This document shows, piece by piece, positions 13,501 through 25,500 of a DNA stretch of 64,000 bases. The stretch is from Phoronis australis (taxonomy: Eukaryota > Animalia > Phoronida): the NCBI GenBank assembly GCA_002633005.1, contig NMRA01000323.1:62001-126000 (forward strand), in the 5' to 3' direction. The notes under the pieces were generated by a model that searched no databases, was not told where the DNA came from, and saw only the letters and a program-made list of their open reading frames with translations. Position 1 is the first letter of the stretch, and each line of letters opens with the position of its first letter. A program made the position numbers and the translations under genes.

Positions 13501-16500
13501 TAGAATGGTCAAGCACAGCCCAACACACATTGCTGTGCATATGGGGAACCCAGTGTGTCCTGAGTGTGGTGCTAACGTTGAAACCCCTACACACCTGTAG
13601 AGCCTTGTCCAGCATTTTATAGGTTAAGGAGCAACCTACTGGATGGCACTGTTTCATGCCTACAACAATATATAGTGCATGGCAACAAACGTAAGTCTGT
13701 CTGTTAAGGAGACGGGTAGACTTGAAAACTTCCTTCACGAAGAACCCTGACATGGCTCTCGTGATTTAACTCAGTTGTTTGGTGCAAAGGGGCCCAACCA
13801 TGAGGCCTGCGCATGTCTGATGCACCACAAATGACTACAGACCACCTTCACTGTTTCTTTTTCCAGCAAGATCACCGGATATGCAGAAGCAGAGGTGGTT
13901 ATGTAGTCTATCTGAAACTTGCAACTTGGATCAAATACCAAGTATTAAGGACAGAGGAATTGCCTTCTGGGCTACTGATGTTTGTCTAGACATGTGTCAT
14001 CTTTTACCCTCACTTCAGGGATTCTACAATAGAGTGTGGAAGCAACTTCTACTGTGACACTTGTTCTGGGGAAACACTGGACCCTGCTGCCATGGACAGA
14101 AGTGAACAGTGAGATGTCCAGACTTGGGAATTAATGGGTATCATATTGATCCAGGGTAGACTGTTAAAAAGATACTAAACCGTGTTTTGGTGATTTCAAC
14201 CGATGTAATCGTCCTTCTGCCATAGGCGACCATTGTTGCCTGAACACGTCTGACACAATTGCGGCATGGAATCGTCTACATTTTTTTAAAGGGGACAAAG
14301 AAAGGACAACGCTGATCCCAAAAACAGGCAATAACTGTACCACGATGGAAAACAGAGATGTCATTTACAGTCAATAGCTCAGTAAGGAAAGACACTAAGA
14401 CAGACATGATGATTATGTCTTGAACAACCAATGAGAGCATAAACAGGATTGCCATGATGTCATTAACAACCAATGACAACAAGGGAAATATTGAGTATAC
14501 TAAATGACATCGGACATAAAAAGTGTACACATTTTCCTCATTGAACGTAATGCAAAAAATCTCCAAATTCATCCGAGTGGAGTTGATGTAGAAGCTGACA
14601 CGAAAACAGAAAGGCAGCCAGTGAATATAATCTTCACCACCACAAAGTGCAGCACAATATTGTGAAACGGAGTACAACAATTTTTCTTTGTCGAGGGCAA
14701 AGTTATCCTACCAGAAAAAGCTGAGTTTCGAAATAGTCGCATCATATTGGAATTCACTAACCCGCCAGACGGCGATCAGGTCTTTGGTGGACAGGCGTTC
14801 AGCGCCACCTACAGAGCCCAGGTAATGCGAACGAGAGGTTTCAACCTACTGGTATAAATAGGATTTTAACATCTTTCCTGCTATTACAATACAAATTTCC
14901 ACTGCTGGACAGCGGGATGTACTAATGGCTTACGGAAAAGGCAAACCAAGGAAATTTTGATCCCAGCTGATGTCAAAAGGATAAAATAAATTAGTGAACT
15001 TAAACTAATCAATCATTGGGAGGGGTTGACAGCGGAATTTGTTCCTGTTTTCTGTCCACCAAATCTGAGTTGGAATTAAATCGGAAGTCACTTCTGTGTG
15101 GTCATTACTCTAGAGAGTGCCAAAATGAAAAGTTTTCCATTGACCTCTCTGCCACACCATAGGCATCTCACTTGAGTGATAAAAGCATTAGTTTCAAATA
15201 AAAACTCATAGTTTACTTTCTTTGTCACTACATATCAGAACCTCAAACTACACTGACAGCTGATTGGCCAGCTATAACAGACCCTGGATAGTTTGGCAAC
15301 CTATTAAATGACAGGAACTGTCAACTGGCATCATTAAACAACCATCAAAACAGTCATCCAGACTGCTTTGCCAACAACAGCTTACTAGTTATTATGCAAC
15401 AAAGCTGAAAGTTGCATAACAGTCTGAGTTGGACCTGCACATTCTTGGCCAATGTTTGCACAAGTACCCTATTCACCCTAATAAGTGCCCATGCCCCTAT
15501 AAGCACCCCCATGCATTTTCAGACTTTGCTAAAATAAGATGCCTTGCGTACAGTTCTAAAATTCTACAGTAATGTCTTCAATTTATTAATAAGATCCGAC
15601 AGTCCTTAAAAAATCATTGTGAGTGGCATTAAAGTCCTTCTCTCACGCGTTGTTACCGGGGTAACCCTTATTACATGGTTAGAAGATGTTATAAGGATCC
15701 AAGAAGTACCTACCCCATAACTAATACACGATCCATACTCGAAAACAGTTTAAATGAACGCGCCACTCACGATTCACACCCGAAGAAACACCGCCATTTT
15801 GAACTTGCCGCGAACCCGGAAGTACAATTCATTCAGGAACCCAGGCCGAGAAAACGCCGTCAGTGCGACTGGAGCAGTGCCTGTACTGTTACCAGCCAGC
15901 AAACGGGGATAAAAAAATCGACAGCGCGCCTTAATTTTGATAAAATCAAACTACGGACAATTTTATGGAATTTGCTGAAGAAATGTGGCGAATAAATTTT
16001 GACAGAAATTATTTTGCTAGACTCGGGACCGCAGCCTATCGGACCCGGTGCGGATCGAGACCAGACACTGGCGAACGGTAAATGCATGCGGTTGCAAGCT
16101 GTTTTGTCGAAGTAAAATGGTCAAATGATAAATGCTGCATATATTCAAGGGTAGTTTCAGACACTTGCATGAAATTACGGGCTGGTTAGTCCTGTGTCAC
16201 ACTGCCGCGGCAGACCTTAGTTAGCCTCAGTCACCAGCTACCAGTGAAGACTATAGTCAAAATACAGCTTGTTAGTAGGCCTATACAGCCTCCCGTTCAG
16301 TAGCGCTAGGACCTCGCTAAGAAGCATGACTTCGCGAGATTACGTGAGATATTGCCGTGTATTTTAAATGAGAACATGTGGACTAGGATTTTGCAAGGTC
16401 CTAGCGTAGGTCCTAGCGTCTAGTGAACGCACGCCAGCTTTGCGCCAAGACTACCCTTAGGCCTAACTGGTCGCTGGCCACAAACACAAAAAACACGAAA

Positions 16501-19500
16501 ATTGAACAAAGTTTCTTTTTTGTAGCAACGTTTGTCAAAATGTATCAACGTTAAATCTTCACAAATTACAAAGTAGCCGATTGAACATGCCTTTCAGTTC
16601 AGCAAAAGTCGACATTGTAGGTGCCGTCAGAAATGAGACGAAGTCCAACGGGAATGTGAGCACATTTATCTCTTAATGAGTAACAACTGCGAGGCTGAAA
16701 TTTGGTGAACACTGTTGAATCGTGCAGAATAGTAAGTAAAGATATGTCTAACTAAATTTCACCGTAATTTGTTGGCGAAAACAATTTACACAAAGTTTTA
16801 AACTCGTAACTTATCCCGCTGTCCTCCAATATGGCCGACGCGATCCAAACAAAGTGACCCAAATTTCGCCACAAAACTTGCAATAACTTTACACTGCTTG
16901 CCCCGATTTTGATACTTTTTCGATTTTTACTGAGTAGAATGTACTACCTTTCCGATGATAGTAAAGTACTTTTTCAAAACGAGGAAAAAATAAAACCGAA
17001 AAAAAATTGGTTCGACCCATATTGGTTCCTAGGTTTGACCCGCCTACGTAAGGAACTAAACACCAATGCTATTTGAACATACTAAGTACGCGTAGCATTC
17101 CAAAAAAAATCAACGACCACTAACTACAAACTATAAATACACTATATATGCAAACGAACCACGATATATTACTAATAAAACAAAATAATGAAGACTTTTC
17201 GAGCAAGCCATAGCACATTCAGTTACAAGGAAAAAATGGCGGCGTTCAGGACAAGTTCCTGAACTGATGAGCCAGAAATGTGGGTACGGAAATAACCGAT
17301 GGCAACCGGTAATCATACGCTCAGAGAGAAGGGTCAAATACTGTTAAAAAATCGCTTTTGGCAAGAAAGGCGAAAAGAATATAAAGAAAGGGTGTCGAAA
17401 ATAAGAATTTATGTAGTAAGCATTTTCGGATACTAGAACCACATGGGCAGTTTGCAACAAGGACTTTAAGTAGACCGCAAGCCTCGCGAACGTTCGACGC
17501 TATATCAGTATTTAGCTGTGACTATACACTTCAAACCTCCGCCGTGCTTTAAAGAGAATGCAAAAGTTTTGCTGATCTTGCGAGGAACATGTCCCACTAT
17601 GGTCTGGCCTTTCAGAACAGACGCAGCGTACTTGTCAATGGGATTGTATTATATCTTTCGAATTGTACTGATCTTCTCCGGCCTCAACAGGAATCCAAAT
17701 TTCTTTGTACACATAAAAACTGCGAATGGAAGACTAATAAAAACCACGTGGCTAGGAAGCGTGTGCTACATACATGTACCTGTAAAAGAAGATATTAGTC
17801 TTCGGGAACTATCTATTCATGAAATGGATAGCATAACATTGGCAAGAAATAAAAATTGGCACTATTTTCCGAAAGTTTCTAATGCCATAAAAAACTCTTG
17901 CGTTATTTTTAAGAGGAATTATTTAATTAATCGTAATTGTTTCTAAAGTCAACATGACCCACTGATAGTGAACACTTCTGCACCCTTACACCCTGAATCT
18001 CATCTCGCATCCAGTCACCCGGTGACTCAATAACATTTAATATCGTCTTTACCAAAACAATTCTCAAATGTTTTAAGTAGACAAGACCACCAAGTGCTAA
18101 GTAAAAGGTTCTGCTTTAATTACTGCTTATGTCAATTTCTTTAGTTACAATGCACACCTAGATCGTTGCATTGCATTCACTCTGGCAAATGAACTCTGAT
18201 GACACGTACGCGCTCGCTCACTGACACACACGCAGACAAACTTCGAAACAAACCTCACGTGACAACATGAAGTGTGTTCGTTCAGAGATTTTTCTTGTGT
18301 TGTGGGGGTACAATCTACGACCGATTTGGACTTAATCTGTAGTAAATCCCGACTTCACAGGAACTTAAAAATCTTAGGACGCTATTTGGAAAACTTAAGG
18401 AGGATTTCGGGTAATTTGATGAGTCGAAACTGTATTTTTATTCAAGAATTCAAGTTGCCCTATCGACTATCGTGAGGTAGAGACGCATCAGTCGGCGAGT
18501 TTTCACCCAGGGATTTCAGCACAATTTTCTGAAAAATGTTCGTAATTTAACATTGCAGTTTAATAGTAATGCACCACAATTTTGTAGAAAGTCTGTCATA
18601 GGTTACAGATACGTCACAGAGTGTAAATTTGATGAATCCTAGCTTCCAAGTTCACCTGTTTCAGAAACCGGGATTCAATTCAACCACCTTAGGTTACAAT
18701 AAGTGCCCCCTTGAAACGAATTTTTCTAAGCGCCCTGGGCACTTATTAGGGCGAATACGGTAGTACTGAAATAAAGCCCACTACAACCACCTGAAAACGC
18801 ATGATCACTGTTTACATCACCAAGAAGAATTGGAGTTGAACAAGGAGAAATTACCAGTTTTTGAAAAATAAGCAAATCTGAGCAACGCAGAAGGAAGCTA
18901 ATTCTTCAAACAGTGCTATTCTCTAGGCTGAGCAAAACCACTACTTGGGACAAGGGGGTACAATGCTACAGAAAAAATCACCAATTTTGGACAAAAATAA
19001 TCACTAAAATTGCAGCTTTTTCATATTTAGAGGGCGTCCAACATTGCTGTGAACCCCTACACCTTTTCAAAACATTGTTTGATGGCAGACGTGGAACAGA
19101 ACTTGAATATGGGACAGCATTACATTTGGTGCCATAGAACTTACATGGAAAATGACCACATAAAATTTCACCCTATTGTGTCCTAGATTGGTGAGATATT
19201 ACTACAATCAATCAAAAATTAGCAAATAAAGACTTGCGAGATATTCAGATTGCAGCAAAGCAAACAAAAATTATCACTAGGGGGCACTGCAGTAGTCGTA
19301 TGTATGTTATAACTACATCCAAATTAACTTGTTCACTGCATTTCACAGTGCCAAATAAATTTTGAGGATAACTTAGGAGGATACTTAGGGAAATCGAGTC
19401 GGTGGTGTGGCTTATTTGCTCACTTTTTCAAACCTGAAATGAGCAAAAATGCCAAGTCATGGTGCATCAAACCTTACTTACCCTTGTTTATATGCATTTG

Positions 19501-22500
19501 TGTAACTTTTCAAACAACAAGCACAAAACCTTGGCTAAAACTGACAGAGTCTGACAGTTATTTTTCAACTGGAGAGGACAGGTTTCAAAATGCATCTGGG
19601 TAACACTGGAATCAACTTTGTTTGCTTGGCCTTAATTCCAACACTGGATGAATTGCCCCTTGTTCTCTTCATTCAAGACATTTTTCTAATGCTTGACGTT
19701 AAAAGTACAGAGTCTAGACATAAAGCAAGAAAATATTGCATCACTCACACCAGCTGATCGCTAGTTGTCTGGCACCTCCCTTAATGACAACTGTGAAAAG
19801 TACCCATTAAGGCTAATTAGCACATGTTTGCATAGTTTAATTAATTAGTAACCTGTCAGAGTGTAAACAAATAAAAAGGTCTAGTACATTCTGAGAACAT
19901 CAAGTACAGGGTGATCCCTCAAAAACGAATGCAGAGCGGACGTATGTCATTTTCATAATTGTTCATAAGAGTTATGGAACATGATAACGGGGATGGGGGG
20001 AGGGGGAAGAAAAAGTACAATTTCATTATGACTTAAGGTTATGAAGGCGTTTATCAACAAGTCCATGCATTGAGTCAAATAACTAAAAACTACAGATTTT
20101 TAACTCACTCCAGGAAAAGCATACATTTTCAGAAAGCTCCTGGAATTTGATTTTTGACTTAATACCAATCTGCCATTAATTGAATCACCTGACCATGTGA
20201 TTTCAATAAAATTTAGCAACAAAGTATCAGGTACATCCATAGTAAGACAATTGTATCAACGGCCAAATTTGTTTGAAATGTATATTTACAATCAAATCTC
20301 AAAAATGCTCTTCAAGTTTTCTAAATTATCGTTTCGTTTCTTTTATGCCACTTCAAAGCTTTTTCATAATAATCTTAAGAGTTCCTATATTTGCAGCCCC
20401 TGATGCAAAAGTGAAAATTTATAAAAAAACTTCTAATAACATTGCAGTGTTCTCCACAAGCTGTTTTGACTAATCACTGCGTCGAGTTTGAATTTTGTCA
20501 TGATGAGTTTGGCTTACTTGCGTCAAGTTTGAAAACCTATGCAACAAGATTAAAATATCGGGAGATAAGTTATTTCTTTAGCAAATTAGGACATATTGGA
20601 TTTTGGTGCCAGTTCAGTGCATTTATTCTAAGATTTAACACACAAACTACCCATAGCATACATTTGAATTTTGTAAATCCAGTCGAGTTTGAATTTTCTG
20701 ATAATTAGAGAACACTGGCATTTTGGAGAAGCGTGCACAAACCCTAGTATCTGAAAGTTTCATAATAATACAACCATCCATTTCTGAGATACGATGTTCC
20801 GAAGTTGCCAAATTTCGACATAGGAACCTACAAACTTCAAAACAATACACAGTACATAAAATGATCTGCCCTCATAAGACAACACAATGCACCTAGTCTC
20901 CACCAATAACTATAGAAACTGTATGTGAGCAACCGAACAGAACTAGTTTTATCCAACCCCAGGCCCAAACTATAACATGTACAAGACAGAACATTGTCAG
21001 GTGCGTTACAAACTGGATAATAAATTGTGACGCTTGACAGCATGATGGATGAATTTTAGAAGTAGGATATCTGGAATTTCTCATGAGAGATTCAAATTTA
21101 GATGTCGTGGAGAATGACCATTGCCGTTGGGTTCTTGAAGGTTGAAAATGTGTTGATGTTAACAAGTACAGAGTCTAGACATAAAGCAAGAAAATATTGC
21201 ATCACTCACACCAGTTGAGTGCTAGTTGTCTGGCACCTCCTTTAATGACAACTGTGAAAAGTACACATTAATGCTAGTTGTCACCTGTTTGCATAGTTTA
21301 ATTAATTAGTAACCTGACAGAGTGTAAACAGATAAAAAGGTCTAGTACATTCTGAGAACACCAAGTACAGCCCCGGTGATCCCTCAAAAAATGAATGGAG
21401 AAAATTTTGCACAACTCCTAACTAGAAATCTTTCGGAAAGAACAAAAAAAATAATTGTAAGGTTAAATAAAACATCATCAATACCGACACCATGCGCATC
21501 GCAAAAGGAAAAGATAAAAGAGATGCCCAGTGACCTTATATCAATGCTTTCACACCAGACTTTCGCAACACTTGTCAAGACATAAAAAATTGCCTATTTC
21601 TAAAACTAGGCACATGCTCTAATCTTTAGCAAAACAATTACCGGTAATTGTTCACTGTTCCAAACTGGACAATTATTACTGTAAAATTACCACTAGGAGT
21701 CACTGCAGCACTCAGATACACCCAATAATTGATGCTAGTCGTCCACACCTCTAACTCCTGTGTCAGAAGTTCCTGGAATTTAGCAGATAGCAACTCGGAT
21801 ACCAAAAGTTGATGCTAAACTTATAACGTTTCCACTCAAGAGGTACTTAGCAAGATGGAACTGTCCAAAAACGGGAAACTGCTGGTCTTTCTTGGTTAAA
21901 ATCCTATCAGCGACATTTCGTGTAGATTCTTCATCAAACTTTGTAGACATTCGCGCAAACATAGAAATATAACAGCCACTAGAAGGTATAGGCCTATCTG
22001 TCTGAATAGTCAAAACCACTAAAAATATCTTGTTAAAAACATATCTGTCAAATTTCGAATTTATCCCAAAACGCGAACCTGTCAACTCTTTAACAGAAAC
22101 CTATTTATTAAATTTCAAAACACTCTGCCAAGAAGATTCAAAGATACAGAGGACAATGATAAAATTAAAGTTGCCACTAGGGAGCACAGCAGTAGTTAGA
22201 TCCATCCAAATGTCGTTGCTTCATATAAATACATAAAGACCATGCACAGGGTTTGGGAGATAGAGCCATGCACGCAAAAAATGCTACTAGAAAGCGCCAC
22301 AGGACTCTGAGTCGTCCGAAAATTATCTGCTATCCTCTTCACAGCAGAAACACCAATTTTCAAAATCATCATTAGAGTGATTTGGTTGATAGAGGGGCAG
22401 ATGCCAAAATAGACTAGAAAACAGTTAAAATGTTGAATCCATCCGAAAACAGGAACATGTCATAGTTTCTTCAATACAAAGCTGTTTACCACTTGAAATT

Positions 22501-25500
22501 TCATAAAAATCCGCCAAGGAACTTTAGAGAAACGAAGGAAAACAAAAAAAATGAAAGTACCACTAGGGTGCACAGCGTTTGTCTGATCTGTCTGAAAGTC
22601 GTCGTCATCGGTTGTCAACTTCATATTAAATACACTTGCTAAATGTAATAGATCCTATAGAGGGTTTAGGAGAAACAGCGTTGCGTGCAAAAAAAAAAAC
22701 TGCCACTACGAGGCGCCACAGTATTCGAAGTACACAGAAAATCACCGTCGGCCATCCTCTTCACAATAGGAACATATACGGCAATTTTCATGATCACTGA
22801 CTGAGTATCATCCTTGGATTGGTTTGGTTGATAGAGGGGTGGAAGTCAAAAAAACCAACTCAAGAACAGGTAAAATGGCCACTAGGTGGCGCAAAATACC
22901 TTGAATCCATTCGAAAATGAAAGGATAGCGTCATCTCACTAATAGATGCGTATCTGCCAAATTTTATGAAAATATGTCAAGTACCTGAAGTTTGAAGATA
23001 CAGAAGTAAACGTATAAGATTAAATTTGCCTCTAGGGGGCACACTGGTAGTCCGATCCTCCTGAAAGTTCGATCATGCTGTCCCATCCATGAAAGGAACA
23101 CATGTGCAAAATTTCATAAACATACATCAAAGAGTTTTGGAGATAGAGCAGCGGACGGCGGACACCATATGGATGCCAGCCGGATGGACGGACAGGAATG
23201 ACAGCATTATGTGGGCACATAAAAAGTCCGCCAAATCATCCATCGTCATGATGAACGGCTACTATGATGGTCAGTTCCCCTGAACGCACAACCATCATAG
23301 CAGGCCATTTCCCTTGCACTCAGCCTTCATGAAGTGGAGTAATAAGTCATTCTTTCTCTTTTCTATTGGCTTGTACTGTAACTGGTAATGGCTCAAGTGA
23401 TGTTTTCATGTGTTTGTGTAACTATGTCTATAATAAGCTGCCAAATATATGACTGTATGATTAATTTAGTCCTATAGTGAGTTATAAATGTAGGATGAGT
23501 GCCCGAGACCCCGAGGTCGTGACGGCGTGTCACATAGAATCGCATCTCGCCTCCAAATTAATGTCGATAACGAAAGTCTTCAAATTGACAGTAACGACCA
23601 ATACATAAACAGTTACAATGTATTGTAACTAGTGAGAAAACTATGCAGCTACATCTTATAGCAATCATATGTGTGAGTTTTAGAGCCGGCAGATTCCTCG
23701 ATAAAGTATTCTCCTTTCACAAGATTACACTAGTACGCAATCCATAGTTTTCCTTCCATGTGGTTCTTAATGTTCCGTAGGATCCTCTTCTCATATTTAG
23801 TCAAATATCTACAACATTATAGATTTTAACTTTCAGTAAAAGTATATATTTTCGGATAGCAGAAAGCCTGTGGAATGTTTGACTTTATATATCAATCAGC
23901 CATAGATTGGGTCGTGTGACTGTATCTGAAGTAATTTAAAAGTTTAGCAAAAAACAGTTTAAGGTACTACATAGATAGCAAAACTGACTTAATTTAATAG
24001 TAGCGACCTTGCCGAGATTTGTGAATACAATATGTAACTGTTGAAAATATAAGTTATGCTATGAGTAAAAATTAATAACAAGTCTCTTACACACCATATG
24101 TTGGAAAGCTTCAGGAGACCTGTAATTAAGTCTGAAAAGATCTCTATACCCACCCGGCTCAAACCTGGGACTTTCTGCAATTGATGCAGACGCTCTGGTC
24201 TGCTGAGCTATCGCGTCGATCGAGACAACAATAATAGGGCTCCCGCCAGGCCTTCATCCAGGATTTCGAAAATAGGGTGTCCAAAATGAGGTTCCCAATA
24301 TTCCAGGGCGTCCATAATTCCGACGCGTAACCCCCCATCCCCAGCAATCTCCCCCCCCCCCAACACACAGATTTTTTTTACAAAAAAATGCATAGACCAA
24401 GGTTTTTACATCTAAGTTTACAAAACAGCCTTCTGTAGTGAGCATTTTTAATAAAACATTGGTGTAGACCAAGACTTTTACAATGCTATCAACCAAGTGT
24501 GAGCATAGCAACATTGTATATACTTTGTATGTACATTGTATATTTCTTCCTGCTTTGAAAAAAGAGCCCCCACTGTGAGCCTTCAGAGGCTTCCTAGTAA
24601 TCATTACAATGTGTGTGTCCAAACTTGAAAGGTTCCTATTGACAGTGGGCGTCCAAATGATACATTGGGCGTCCCTGCCAGGGCGTCCATATTAGTGCTG
24701 GGGCGTCCATTTGGACGCCCAGGACGTACGCTGCATGAAGGCCTGGCTCCCGCTATTACAGAGTTACGTGTTTTGCTTAAATGCCATGTTGATTGGACAA
24801 GAAATGAAGCCTATAGTGTTTAAAGCAAACAAACAAGAACTTCACGACAGAGCAACATACTTGGCAAAATTTCACTAAGTAAAGAAACGAAAAACAAGCA
24901 AATTTCATGACAGAAGAACATACTTGGTGAAATATTTTTCCAATGAATTAGACTGAAATAAAAAGGTTTTGACAGAGGCCACTTTCAAAAACACAACAAT
25001 CACCACTTTTAGACAATGTTCGTCTATCATTACATTGGGCACTTATTGTTATAACTAACCCCACAGAAGCTGTCAGTGGATTTTTGTAGAAAGGCAGGCG
25101 CAATTATTGTTCATCAGACGTGTCAATCAACCTTAGGTAACTGTGTTTTGACATGGTATAATGAGTGCACCTATGTCATTTTCATCAATGTTCATAAGAG
25201 TTATCTAACATGATAACGGGGATGGGGGGAGGGGGAAGAAGAACTACAATTTCATTATGACTTAAGGTTATGAAGGCGTTTATCAACAAGTCCATGCATT
25301 GAGTCAAATATCTAAAAACTATAGATTTTTAACTCACTCCAGGAAAAGCATACATTTTCAGAAAGCTCCTGGAATTTGATTTTTGACTTAATACCAATCT
25401 GCCATTAATTGAATCATCTGATCGTGTGATTTTAATAAAATTTATCAAAAAAAGTATAAGGTACATCCATAGTAAGACAATTGTATCAACGACCAAATTT

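Noticed and set aside
14276-14680. 134-aa hydrophobic ORF as a nested gene
   Set aside because: No recognisable family or clear splice partners; hydrophobicity follows from an A-rich plus strand with short internal repeats next to a transposon terminus.
17518-17946. 142-aa ORF as the transposase of the 3.3-kb element
   Set aside because: Starts at GTG; no DDE/D, HTH or zinc-finger motif visible.
19703-21401. LTR/TRIM retroelement
   Set aside because: Direct repeats lack TG...CA ends, PBS, PPT and TSD, and the interior recurs without an adjacent repeat.
24147-24219. Functional tRNA gene
   Set aside because: Acceptor and T stems do not pair and the anticodon loop is abnormal; kept only as a SINE-like head.
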